This document shows positions 44,516-58,745 of a stretch of DNA of 64,000 nucleotides, in pieces (positions within the stretch are counted from its first letter, which is position 1; the number at the start of each line of letters is the position of its first letter). Source of the DNA: Eledone cirrhosa (lineage: Eukaryota); NCBI GenBank assembly GCA_964016885.1, contig OZ024746.1, positions 67,270,001 through 67,334,000 of the forward strand, given 5' to 3'. The position numbers and the translations under genes are program-made. Under the pieces are notes generated by a model. The model ran no database searches. It had not been told where the DNA came from and worked only from the letters and a program-made list of their open reading frames with translations.

Positions 44516-45774
44516 AGAGACGTACAAACGGTCTACAAAATAAGAATAGCAGAATACAATGATTGCATATCAGTCTAACTATTTATAAAGTCGGGAAACA
44601 AATTTAACGTTAGGGACCCTTGTCGTTCATCAGAAGGTAGAAAAGGGGAGAAGAGAACATGTTTGGGTAAGAATAAGAAAAGAAAAAGGAAGATATATAA
44701 GGGGGGAAAAGAAAATGGGGGAAGGCGAAGAGACGAGAGAGAGAGCCTGCGTTTTTGTTAGTCAACCATGTATAAGTGTGTATGTATGTACTATCTTTGA
44801 GGATGTTGTTGAGCTTCATCACTGGTATTTGATAGAAGACCTATGTGGTCAGCAAAACCTGTATCACATATAAAAGTTGGCTTACTTCACCCTTGTATCA
44901 ATGTAAAGGCTACTTTGATTTTTTTTTCTCACAACTTCTACACAATGCTATTATATCTACTTCAATAATAAGTATTTTTTCGACATTGTCTTTCGTTTTG
45001 TTGTCATAAGATCGCTGTATAGTTACTGTATACACATCCCTAATACCATGCAACGGCAAATATACTCACTTATAGCTACAGAGCAAAGACACTCTGCCAC
45101 AAATTCACTGTTTGGAATTATACGATTAATCAATAAGGAAAGTTATCAACATATTGTCGGAACCAAACATACCAATACATACACACTGATGAACGTTTGA
45201 CCAAATATCTATAGATACATAATACTGTAAATACAACGCAAATTTGTAGTACTAGCTTCTCTCAAAAGATAAATGAATTGTATTTGGGACTGCTCGATAA
45301 CAACTTTCTCTGTGATAAAACTATTACAGGCAACATACAATAATCATGTGTCTAAAGTATGCCTATAGAAATGCAAATTGTATTGTGTTGATATAAGATA
45401 TGACGTGATGAATCTGAGGTTTGTAATTGTCTCTGATGTATTATACTTTAAAGTCTCTCCTGCTATTTGCAATCTCAAATTTATAGTTGAATGAACTTTA
45501 ACCCTACTGAACTTTCTTATCAACCTTTTTTATTTAATTTATATATGGTTTATGGAGACATGACTGCGTTTTCTAACACGTCACTCGGCCATATATTGGA
45601 ATAGCGCATTCGAGTATATATGAGTACTAGTATATATATAGGTGTGTAGACTTATTCATATATAGACATATATTTGCCTGCTTAATCCTGCTACTTTTTA
45701 GGTGTTGGACATAGTATGTATATGTGTGGTTATATATCTCTGTGTATGTGTGTGTGTTTGTGCCAGCTAGTACA

Positions 45775-46045
45775 GATGGGTTGATGACCCACTGCCTATT
45801 AGTGATGTTGAAATTACAATGCAGGAGTTGAAAGAAGCAATCAAGTCGATACAAACATACAATGCAACAAACCTGGATTATATAGCATCAGAAGTATGTA
45901 AAGTATGCATAAACGATGGGCTGCTTGAAATCTGCCACAAGTCCTACCAAGGAGATGTAGCGAACATCTGGAGAAAAGGAAGAACAGTGCTTCTACTCCA
46001 GAAAGGTGATCTGGGATATACTGCAAATTACAGAGGAATAACAGT
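45775..46045 (+). pseudogene. RTE-like reverse transcriptase N-terminal fragment
   Basis: ELKEAIKSI...ATNLDYIASEV.K...LLEIC...WRKG..V....KGDLG..ANYRGIT. Confidence 0.75.
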
Positions 46046-46645
46046 TAAAGATACTTATCTTTAATTAGTGACGAGTTCAATCTGTTTTAACAATTTCTCA
46101 ATTAACAAACTTACAATCCTAAACTTCAATTAATAAGTACATTATTTCACATCCTTATTCAGAGAGATAAACATCAAGGAGATATCATTAATTGGAATAC
46201 CATACTTAGAAGTTCTTCCTAAAGATACATTCCCTATTCTGTACAAGATCCTTCAACATGTAGAAATGGCGAAAGCTGCGGTGAAGATATATGCCTCAAG
46301 AGACTGTGTATAGAGTAATATAATAATATTCTTATTTTGTCTTTTAATCATTTTACATTATCTTAACACAAAATGTCAGAAACTTTGTATTTATTATATT
46401 TATGGATTAAACAATGTCAATAACTTTTGCTTAAACCATTACCTACTATTCTTAAATTCACTAATTACATTGTTGGTTTCATATGTAAACTATGTCAAGA
46501 TAAATCACTAGCAATGTGACTTGTGAACTTTTGTTGGATAAAAGTTATTCAGTTGATTGAAATGGAAAATATTCAATCAGCGTTATCAAATATTTCAATT
46601 AGAAGAGACGTGGTTCTCATTAGGTTCACTTTAGCTATATTTAAT

Positions 46646-46840
46646 CAGACCTGTCAAAGTCTAAAAACGCTAACGGGGAGTACCATGAAACGACATGCCC
46701 CAAAACGAGGAGAATCGAGACAAAATGGGGAGATTTTACATAATGAAAACTATACCCATTTTTACAAGAGAAGACATCTCTCACACACCCCAAAGTGGGT
46801 GGGAGATCTCCCCGTCGGACGAGGAGAGTTGACAGGTCTG
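46646..46840. mobile_element. MITE with perfect 12-bp TIRs and 6-bp target-site duplication
   Basis: TTTAAT|CAGACCTGTCAA ... TTGACAGGTCTG|TTTAAT. Confidence 0.75.
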
Positions 46841-46863
46841 TTTAATATCAGAAAATATGGATC

Positions 46864-46980
<117 letters not shown>

Positions 46981-48468
46981 ACTTATGTGTGTGGAGAGAT
47001 AAAGAGAAAACGAAATAAAAGTGGAGAGAAAAAATGTAGTTGGATCAGAATATATTAAAACGTATATTTTCTTAATTGAATATGCTCCCTCTCCCTTTCT
47101 TAGTTTTACATTCTCCGTCTCTCCCTCTTCATCACTTACCGCTCTCCTCCTCTCTCTCTTCATATACAAAATTGTATGGGGGTGGGGTACAGACATACAA
47201 CAGACACACGCAGAAGAGAGATACCATTAACTTTTATAGAATAAATACTACCTGATTCTGTATGAATTCTGATTATGCAATTTGTAGCCGCCAGAAGGGC
47301 AGGTATTATTACCATGTTCTCTGCGCATATGGAAATATATCTTTGAACTTGCAATAGTGCAGTTTGTATAATATCTTTGAATTTTAATGTATGTGCTGAT
47401 CGATGTTGTAAAAATAAACATTTAATGATATTCTGTTAGATTACCACTATATTACGTATGCATTCGCTTCATGATTACGAATTTAATACTCAAAATCAAC
47501 TAAGCACTCATCAGACTGGTATCCGGACAAAGGATCAAGCCTTTGCAGTATCTACGTAAAATGATCAAGTGTCTAAGCTTATAAAACTACCAGTTATGTA
47601 TTTGATTATGGGCAGAGAACGGTGTATGTGACCTCGGAGGGTGACATCAACTACAGCCAATATTGAGTCATATCGTTCAATATAATTCCGTCTGCAGAGA
47701 AACATGTAAAAAACGGAATGCTTCCGCTTCTAAATTTGTATTTATACATTAATTAGTTTCATTTAAAACTAGTACTACTGCTATATAGATATCTAGTTAT
47801 TGTATATAACAGTTGCTTATCACAAAATTATTATATAGCTGCAAAGAATTACAGATTCCACGTTCTACTGTAAAGAAATACAGATTCCATGTCCGACAGA
47901 ACTATCCCTCTGTTTTGACATGACTCATTCATGAGTCGAATAGAATAGGTTTGAATAATACACATGGATTCTGATCAATCAATACTATACATAAATATCC
48001 TACTCGTGTTGCACATTTTAGTCGAATGTCTAGACAATGTAAACTATTAGCCAACGAAAATCACACGTACATACATGTGCAGGAGCAAAATAATTTCATG
48101 ATTTCTTTTTCTTGGCTAATATTGTTTAGCAAATTATTTTATTAAATAAACTTTTCAGGCTAAATAATGTTAAATGGTTGAAAGGAAAACACAAATTCCC
48201 TAAATCAGTAAAATTTCAGTAGAACAACGTTCCATGTTGACTTCAATTTTGCACTTGAGTAAATTATTAGATTTTATTCAAATATTTGTTCTAAACAGAA
48301 TATTGATCGACACAAAATATCGATTGGATCTTAACTGATTTTAGGAATTTGCTTTTTGCATTTCTTTTCATAAAGCGTCATTTAAAACATTAAACATTTA
48401 CACAGACACTTTCGTAAACATTCACACTCGTTCATATACACATGCCCATTTATGAATAAGCAGTTATA

Positions 48469-48505
<37 letters not shown>

Positions 48506-48558
48506 GTATGTAAGTATGTATATTTGTATGTGAGTGTAGGGTGTATATCCATCTATTA

Positions 48559-48597
<39 letters not shown>

Positions 48598-49039
48598 GGA
48601 AATGTATGTGTTTGTGTGTTCGTGTGTATGTATGCATATAGGGCTAATGTTAAACGTTATGATACCATTACACTTCACAGGTTAACGCATCACATCAATT
48701 TAAGTGTTCATTAGATAATTACCTAAAGTAAAATTCGAAAGAACTTTCCAAATGAATTTTTTCAATAATTTGTATTTCAAAACTTTTGATGCAAATCTTT
48801 GTTCTTTTACACTTCCTTTCAAATCGTTATCTCAAAAGACGCCTTGTGTAAATAAACCTTGAGTTAACATTCAAAAGGTTGTGTTTTTTTGTGAAAATTT
48901 CAATAACTAAAATAAATATTACATATTTCGTAATATTATATAATTCGTAGTTTAATACACATGTTCAAAGACATACTGAATACAGCTGGAAAATGGAGAT
49001 TTATATTGAAAAAAAAATGAAACGACAATAAAGTCGTTA

Positions 49040-49592
49040 ATAATTGTTTCTAGTTTTGGCACAAGGCCAGCAATAAATCCAGTGCATTACTGGTGTTTTA
49101 TTTTATCGACCCCTTAAGGATAAAAGGCAGAGTTAACCTGGACGGGATTTGAACTCAGAACGTAAAGGGCCATAACTCTATACTGCAAATCATTGTGTCT
49201 AACGCTCTACTGATACTGCCAATGGCATGACGTAAAGTTGAGAGATCGATACCGGGAACAGGCACTGAGGATAAAAGGCAGAGTTAACCTGGAACAGGCA
49301 CTAAGGATAAAAGGCAGAGTTAACCTGGACGGGATTTGAACTCAGAACGTAAAGGGCCATAACTCTATACTGCAAATCATGGTGTCTAACGCTCTACTGA
49401 TACTGCCAATGGCATGACGTAAAGTTGAGAGATCGATACCTGGAACAGGCACTGAGAAATGTCCTTGAGCAAGGCGTTTTACTTTACGCTCTAAATGAGT
49501 TGTGTCTGTAACTTGTTGAGCCAGTATTGTCACAGATTAGGCTACGCTGAAGTTCATAAGAAAAACGTTAATAGACCACGTTTCTCTGGAAT
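49040..49592 (-). mobile_element. Composite SINE (same as 34120-34470) with internal tandem duplications
   Basis: Reverse complement aligns with 34120-34470; segment 49117-49267 repeated at 49303-49455. Confidence 0.75.
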
Positions 49593-49711
49593 GCCTAGTC
49601 ACGTAATTGCTAATTTCACTAGCAGTCAGTATAGGGAATCAACTGAAGTCAACTGATTTTCGAAAAAAATCGGTAGCCTAATCAATCACAACTATCTCTC
49701 TATATATATAT

Positions 49712-51060
49712 ACATCCCACCCCTCAACTAATAATACTAACATCCTCCCACCCCACCATCTAGCACCCACATCCACCTGTACATATATACACGCACTCAC
49801 ACTACTCACACACCCTATTACCACCACTAACCCTCAATACACATCCACATCTGACCACCCCACCACTAATATTACTAACCCCAAACCCCACCCCACCAAA
49901 ACCCCATCTTCCCCTCACCACACACGCACGATCCACACCATCACACATACACTCACCCACACCCACGTACACACTGATACACCACCCATTCCACACACAC
50001 ACTATACCCCCACTCAAATCCCTACCCCCACCACCAGTAATAATAACACCCACTCTACCACACGCACACAGACACTCATATCCAAACACGCACGCACACA
50101 CACCAGTACACTACACTCCCTCCTACCGTCCCCAACAACTTTTCTCTTCCCCTTTCTCTCTCCCCACTCTACCAACACCCCACACACAAACATACATCCC
50201 ACTAACACCTCCACTAATATACACACCGACCCCACACACACACACAACCACCCTATCCTTCCACCTTTCACACCTACCCATCCTCTCCGCTGTCCAGCGC
50301 ACCTCCGCACACACAGTCACACATTCCACACCGCATACAGACCATCCCTATACTTGTCAGCCTCCACACCACTGCCTGCTGTCATCTCCCTCCTGCTATC
50401 TCATTCCTCCCACCTCCTTCGCCTTGCCTTGACCCTCTGACCACTTCCTGTTGCGCGCGCACCCCACAACTCTTCACTTCATCACTACAATACCTGCATT
50501 TTACACCACTGTTCCTTCACTCCAGCTATCCATCCTGTAACATCCAGAATCTACAACATCTGCTCTCAAAGTCCGTGGAAAAACCCCAGGAACACACACA
50601 CACACACACAAACACTTACACTATTTTCGCACCACGCCACCATACAACCACACCACATATAAACACACACATACACACACACGTGCACCCTCACATACAC
50701 ACCCTCAGCCTCCGGACTCCACGCACCCCCCTCTCCCCTTTCCACCACCATCCCTACAGGCCTCACACCCTTTCACCACTCGTTCTTTTTTTACCCTTTA
50801 AAAAAATATTTTCCACCCCTTTTCTCCCCACTCTTTTTTAAAATAATTTTTTTTAATGTCTTTCCACCACTCCCCCACACGACCTAGGAACTCTCTTTCC
50901 CCCACTTTTCACCTGATGAAGGGCTTATGCCCGAAACGTCGTCCCCCAACCTCCCACTCTCAAGCTTGAAACTAATAACTTTTGTACTGCCTCTTCGCTT
51001 CTACGTTTTTTTTGTTTTTTTGTGTTTTTGTTCTCTGTCTCAACTTTAAAAAAAAAAAAA
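49712..51060 (+). mobile_element. C/A-rich low-complexity element ending in a hammerhead-like core (probable PLE 3' region)
   Basis: Extreme C+A strand skew; CTGATGA-aGGGCttatGCCC-GAAA-CGTC at 50913-50940; (TA)n flanks. Confidence 0.45.
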
Positions 51061-51070
51061 ATAAAAATAA

Positions 51071-51719
<649 letters not shown>

Positions 51720-51723
<4 letters not shown>

Positions 51724-51909
51724 GATCAGGACCGGAAGGCTGAGCTCCGACCGTTTCGACAGCTGGATCCGAACTATTTTGATCTAGCTGTCGAAACGGC
51801 CGGAGCTCAGCCGTCGGGGTCCTGAACCTTTTCCTATTACCCACTCTACTACCCCAAGTATCGACTACTATGGTTCGTTATGTCCACGTGGTATCTTACC
51901 ACACCCTCT

Positions 51910-51912
<3 letters not shown>
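51720..51912 (+). mobile_element. Family A-related subfamily fold-back terminus
   Basis: Inverted arms around 51770-51780, GAAA-CGGC..GCCG-TC-GGGGT, variant tail. Confidence 0.75.
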
Positions 51913-52000
<88 letters not shown>

Positions 52001-52035
52001 ATATATTATATATATATATATGTAAATATATATAT

Positions 52036-52418
<383 letters not shown>

Positions 52419-52644
52419 GCACGGGTGTGTATATTGGAACCCACTCAAATGGCGAAACATTCTATTGGTGAGTGTGTACATGTGTGATTTAGGTGAGGAT
52501 GGTTTTTCATTTCAATTTATACTTTTAATTTTAATGTTTTGCCAATGCCTCTAGTAGCTTATATTCTTCACACGCTGGTGGTTCGAAATTCCTGTAATGA
52601 AAAACTCACTCTCCTGTGTCTTTCCCCTCTTTATATATATATAT

Positions 52645-52834
52645 AATTGTTTCTATTGTTGGCACAAGGCCAGCAATTACTCAGTGTATTACTGGTACTT
52701 TATTTTATCGACCCCGTAAGGATGAAAGGCAAAGTTAACCTCGGCGGGATTTGAACTCAGAATGGTAAGGGCTGTAACTCTATACGTCAAAGCATGGCGT
52801 GCGCCCTCTAGCGATACTGCCAATCCACCGCCCC
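52645..52834 (-). mobile_element. Full-length type 1 SINE
   Basis: Reverse complement ggggcggtggattggcagtatcg...gagttcaaatcccgcc...gcctttcatcc... Confidence 0.9.
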
Positions 52835-54227
52835 TATATATATAATGGAAGTGATCATGTGCTGGCCCTTTGCAATTGTCTACCTCTTCACGTTTTTCCT
52901 ACAGGATTGGAGATTCATCAATTTATGAGGACCATTAACAGACACAATGTCTCTAGTATCGGAGAGTATGTGAACGTCCTCTGTACGGCTCCCTTCTTCA
53001 GACCTTCCAAATAAAAAATAAATTACTGCGACCAAAATTCTAACGCTGGCCTCGCGCTAACTGAACTGAAGAGTTAGGTCTTGCACGACACGTTTCATCA
53101 GTTCCCATGACCATGTAACTTGTTTCTTCCGGAAATAAAAACAACATTTTAGAGTAACGAGAGTGGGTTGCGATATGCATACAATTATTTGACAGAAACT
53201 GTGGGTACTGAAATAGCTTCCGCTGAAAATTGCACCTAACTGTTAACAATGCTCACCAGTATCCTGCTTCGTGTATACAGCTCACATAATAGAATTATTA
53301 TTGACATCTAAAGTACTTAAGAAGATATATATTGTGGCAATTTTTATACCTCTTTACAATAAACTATAAATTCGCAGCTGACACTCTGCTTTGTTTCACA
53401 TTTTCCTTTTTTACTATATTTTCTTTTCATATATATTTTCCAATAACAAATCGTATTTTACTACGAGAAATGAAATCAAGAGTGAGATTTTACTTTCTCA
53501 CATCACACAGTAAGTAATTGTATTAAGTAAGCTTGGTCGCGTCTTTTGTCTGCTATAGCCATCGGCTTTAATTATTTGAGCGGGTTTTCAACAACTTATT
53601 TCAACAAAGAATACATAGCTATTGGCTTAATAAAATAGTAATAACAAGTTTATATGAAAGCAAAATAGTGTTTAACAATCCGAGTCCTGATGTTTCGCGT
53701 AATATGTATAGCGGGTAACAAATATTCTGGCTTCATTTCATTACACAAAACAATCGGATACTTATACAACTATATATTGTATAAATTTTATTACACATAA
53801 TTATGTTAACACTCATACGCACATTCAAATACACATATACACATACACAAACACACACACATACAAACATACCCGTGTTTGTGTGCGTAAATAGTTAAGA
53901 CGTAAAATTCGAAATAGTTATGTCCCAGGTTCGATCACATTGTGTGGAATCTAGGAAAGGTGAATGAGCTCATAGTATCGAGTCAACACATCTTATAACT
54001 TAAAATAGACAAACATTTGGAAGTGCGACAGATGAATTCAAGATTAAATTATTTAATTCTACTTTAAAATTATGTTAGAACTTATTCAATAACCAGTCCC
54101 CTACATGCCAATACAATGACTACGCAGTTTTGTTGCTCGAACAAATAAAATATGTACTATTTATTATATGCATATATTTATCTATGATATGTATGAAGAT
54201 CCGCATAAGGTGAAACAATTGTATCTA

Positions 54228-54292
<65 letters not shown>

Positions 54293-54359
54293 GTATATAT
54301 ATATATATATATATATAATATGCATATATTTATCTATATACTTATATATATTATAATAC

Positions 54360-54515
54360 TATAAAGAACGAAGAATCAGTGTTGCATCATGTGATATGAT
54401 GCAACACTGATTTCTCATTCTTTATAATATTATACCCTGCTCTGCACGAGCATCGAGTGCTCAACCGGCATACCGCCTCTGGACGCATTTACCTGCAACC
54501 CTACAACTATGTTCA
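54360..54515 (+). mobile_element. Family B short fold-back plus tail
   Basis: aatcagtgttgcatcat/atgatgcaacactgatt palindrome; tail matches 16024-16105. Confidence 0.7.
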
Positions 54516-54532
54516 TATATATTTATATATAT

Positions 54533-54679
54533 AACGAAGGAAATGTGGTAAGGAACCAGGTGGACCATAACGCACCAAAGTACTCAATACTTAGGGTAGT
54601 AGAGTGGGTAATAGGAACGAGTAGGACCCCGACGGCTGGGCTCAAGCCGTTTTGACGGCTAATTCGACGACTACTCGTT

Positions 54680-54681
<2 letters not shown>
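54533..54681 (-). mobile_element. Family A terminus
   Basis: Reverse complement of the family A arm and tail, with a short inverted piece ctactcgttcc. Confidence 0.85.
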
Positions 54682-54733
<52 letters not shown>

Positions 54734-54867
54734 AACGAGTAGTCGTCGAATTAGCTAAAGTGAATGAAGGGATACAGACCATATATGGGCTGACAGTCAA
54801 AGCCAAAGTTCGTAAAAGGTTTTTTGGGGTTTTGCTTTTCAGAGAGTAGTCAATGATGTGGAAGGAG

Positions 54868-54929
<62 letters not shown>

Positions 54930-55043
54930 CTCCTTCCACATCATTGACTACTCTCTGAAAAAAAAAACCCCAAAAAACTTTTACGAACTTTGGCTTTGAC
55001 TGTCAGCCCATATATGGTTTGTATCCCTTGATTCAGTTTAGCT
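54657..55043. repeat. Two consecutive inverted duplications each centred on a (TA)n tract
   Basis: 54658-54681 vs 54732-54755, and 54752-54868 vs 54929-55043. Confidence 0.85.
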
Positions 55044-55200
55044 AGATTATCGCCGTTCGACTACTGGCGCTTTAGTTCGGTAAAGATATTTCATGTATTT
55101 TTTGACAAAAATATGACAAAATTTCTTTGACAGAAATATGAAATGTCTATACCGATAGGATAAACTGCCACTGGGTCGTCCATGCGTGGCACACCCCCAC

Positions 55201-55243
<43 letters not shown>

Positions 55244-55337
55244 ACACACACACCCACACACCCTGCTTCCTGTTTACACCCCAAAACGTCTTTGACTGAC
55301 CAATACACATTCCAAAACGTGTCCACACGCGCGCTCG

Positions 55338-55408
<71 letters not shown>

Positions 55409-55740
55409 ACACACGAATACGTAATGGCTCGCACGCCCACGTAAATACGCACATGAATACCGGTGAATATACACCTGCATTGCCGCCCCACAAATTACAC
55501 CAGGATATACATATACGCCCATGCACACAAAAAATAGGGCAAATGCCGATATATATATATATACATTCTGGGTCCACATACCACAGCAAAAATATATCAC
55601 CAGTCTGAGGAGCAGATCGATACTGGAGGCGGCTCCATAACTACTATGGGTCATCTTCAGCCAATCCTCTTCCAAACGATTGTAACAGCTCGACACGCAA
55701 TAAATATTTTTCATATGTAAACGTGACTTCCTTGTTTTTC

Positions 55741-55777
<37 letters not shown>

Positions 55778-55847
55778 TGTGTGTGATTCTGTGTGTATGT
55801 GTATGTGTGTATATATAATATATGTAATCTGTGTTTTTCGTATATTA

Positions 55848-56037
55848 ATAATTGTTTCTACTTTAGGCACAAGGCCAGCATTACTCAGTGCATTACTGGT
55901 ACTTTACTTTATCGACCCCGTAAAGATGAAAGGCAAAGTCAACCTCGGCGGGATTTGAACTCAGATCGTAAAGGGACGTAACTATGCTGGAAAGCATCGC
56001 GTCGGACCCTCTACCGATACTGCCAATCCATCACCCT
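55848..56037 (-). mobile_element. Full-length type 1 SINE
   Basis: Same consensus as 52645 and 56588. Confidence 0.9.
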
Positions 56038-56148
56038 TTCGTATATTAATAATAACATTCGATTAGTTTGCAATTATGCAAATATGCCTCATTTTTAAAG
56101 CCATGTCAGTAGAATTAACCCTTCATTCTTGCTCTTGTGTTGGCATAT

Positions 56149-56178
<30 letters not shown>

Positions 56179-56179
<1 letters not shown>

Positions 56180-56342
56180 ACGGAGGAAATGTGGTAAGGA
56201 ACCAGGTGGACCATAACGAACCAGGTGGACCATAACCCACCAAAGTACTCGATACTTAGGGTAGTAGAGTGGGTAATAGTTACGAGTAGGAATTAGCCGT
56301 CGAAACGGCTTGAGCTCAGCCGTCGGGGTCCTACTCGTACCT
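56179..56342 (-). mobile_element. Family A terminus with an internal duplication in the tail
   Basis: Tail on minus strand (gaaccaggtggaccataac twice), opposite arm on plus strand. Confidence 0.85.
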
Positions 56343-56587
56343 ATATATATATATATATATATATATAATAGGTTACAGAATCGTAAAACTGATACTAGTC
56401 ATACGTTATGCAGTCAACTTTCTTCGGGTACCGGTAATTACCACCCTTAGAGAATCATACTCCTTAGAGAATCATACTCCTTTCACAGGATTTATACCCG
56501 TAGCATCTAAAATCACTATGCATGGCGATGTGACATTATTATACTCTCTCATACCCTCTCATTATATATATATATATATATATATGT

Positions 56588-56778
56588 AGGGCGGGGAATT
56601 GGCAGTATCGGTAGAGAGTCGGACGCCATGCTTTCTAGCATAGTTACGTCCCTTTACAGTCTGAGTTCAAATCCCGCCGAGGTTAACTTTGCCTTTCATC
56701 CTTACGGAGTCGATAAAATAAAGTACCAGTAATGTACTGGATAATTGCTGGCCTTGTGCCTAAAGTAGAAACAATTAT
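56588..56778 (+). mobile_element. Full-length type 1 SINE
   Basis: gggcggggaatTGGCagtatcGG...GAGTTCAAATCCc...gcctttcatccttacggagtcgataaaataaagtaccag...ggccttgtgcc. Confidence 0.9.
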
Positions 56779-57497
56779 ATATATATGTATGTATGTAAAT
56801 AGGGAGAAAAAACGATTATTAGGAAGACAAATATTTTTTTTTCCTTTATTTTTTTCTCTTTTTTTGTGGGTTAGAAAATGTCTAAAACAAAATATTTTAC
56901 TTTGTGTGAAGTGTTAAGATATTAGTTAATTTATTTATTAATTAACAATAGCATGGATTTATTTATTTATTAATTTATTTATTTGATAATTGTCAATTAC
57001 GGGTTTCAGCATTTTATGCATTATCAAAGAGGGGGATTTGTATTGGTATAAAATGTAGGAGAGAAAATAAGGTGATGTTGAACATGTTAAGGAAATGGGA
57101 AAGAAAGAATAATATTATTTACTGGCATAGTTCTTGAGGATAACCAGTTCAAAAAGTGTTATCATGGCAGGAGAGCCGAGAGAAGTTGATCCATAATGGA
57201 GGCAAATAGTAGTCTGGGTTTGGATATGTTTTCCCTTTTTGGAGAGTTAATATACAGGGGGAGGTAATTCAGGGTGGTCGGGTAGGAGAAAGAAGGAGAT
57301 GGGGTAATTCATTTATACTTGAAAAAGGATTAGGTAGGGTGTCAGGGAGGTAACTCTTTAGAGAACGTAGGAATTTGGGGCTTTGTTTCATCGTTCGTTC
57401 CAGTTTTAGTTTAGTCCGAAGTTTAATCCATTAAGTAGAGGTTGGAATTTGTTAATGAAGTACGATATATATATATACACTCAGCCACATGCCTTCA

Positions 57498-57746
<249 letters not shown>

Positions 57747-57764
57747 ATATATATATATATATAT

Positions 57765-58113
57765 TTAGGTTTGTTGGTTCACCACCGAATAGAATTGGTC
57801 ATTCCGTATGGTCAATCTTGATGCAATATTATGGAAAGTACTCAACGTAGTGCTGTTCACCCGTCTTCCTTTGTGTAGTTGGTGGTGCGAATACGGAGTT
57901 AATCATTATGAATAAAATAACAGGAGGCCTGACTGGTGTAAATCCTTGAAAAGTGTATTATACTATGATCATTTCAATGACCGGGTTCCGTATGAATCCG
58001 GTGATATCATCAGGTATTCGAAATATAACAAAGGAATATATAAAAATCCATGGGTCCGAAAATATATATTCCTTTGTTCTATTTCGAATACCTGTTATTT
58101 TATTCATAATTCT
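57765..58113 (-). mobile_element. PLE-like element (family J) with hammerhead, short inverted arm and tail
   Basis: 58091-58110 is the reverse complement of 57905-57924; hammerhead at 57960-58017. Confidence 0.75.
57960..58017 (-). ncRNA. Type I hammerhead ribozyme (family J)
   Basis: Reverse complement ATAC-CTGATGA-tatc ACCGG attcatacggaac CCGGT catt-GAAA-T-GATC-A-TA-GTAT; palindromic GATC loop. Confidence 0.8.
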
Positions 58114-58137
58114 ATATATATATATATATATATATAT

Positions 58138-58709
58138 AAGTTGGAAGATCACTGATGAAGGACTATTTTTATCATATGTAACCCATGTGCAACCACGTAG
58201 TATTCATTATTCTCATGTTTTTTATATATATTTTCCCCAGCTGCGTTTGTCTGTTTCTCTCTTACTGCTTCCCCCTCTCTCTGTTTCTCTCACCTTCTTT
58301 CGCCCCCTCTGTCAGTTACACTTTCTCTCGACTGGCCTCTTCCTCGCACTTCCACTCACTCACTCTCTGGTTCTCCCCTTCTGACTTCCTCCCGTTTGGC
58401 CTGAAGTGGGGTCCTTTCTTGCTCACACCTCACTCGCGTCGCACGGTCTCTTGTCTCTCCACACAGCTTAAGCTGATCGGAATCCATGTGCTTGTTTCTT
58501 CCTATCTTTGCGTTGCTATCCTTCTATGTTTGTTTACTTGTCTCGCTCGCTTTACGCGATTTACTTTCCCAATAGCTTTATTTAGCTATTGCTCGCACCA
58601 ACTGGAGGTATATGATTTTTAAAGCGATGAAATACCAATGAAGGTTGGTAAAAAACTGATGAATGACTATTTTTATCATATGTAATCACGCAGTATTCAT
58701 TCTTCTCAT

Positions 58710-58715
<6 letters not shown>
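58138..58715 (+). mobile_element. Element with ~60-80-bp direct terminal repeats around a CT-rich body
   Basis: actgatgaa.gactatttttatcatatgtaa...cacg.agtattcatt.ttctcatgttt at 58151-58220 and 58655-58713; body loosely resembles 12600-12950. Confidence 0.5.

Positions 58716-58741
<26 letters not shown>

Positions 58742-58745
<4 letters not shown>

Noticed and set aside
53060-53110. CTGAAGA (plus) and CTGATGA (minus) suggesting a hammerhead
   Set aside because: No properly placed stem II-GAAA-NUH-stem I; only a simple hairpin
56588-56778. tRNA genes at SINE heads (also 7611-7830)
   Set aside because: A/B boxes present but no complete cloverleaf; they continue into repeated SINE bodies
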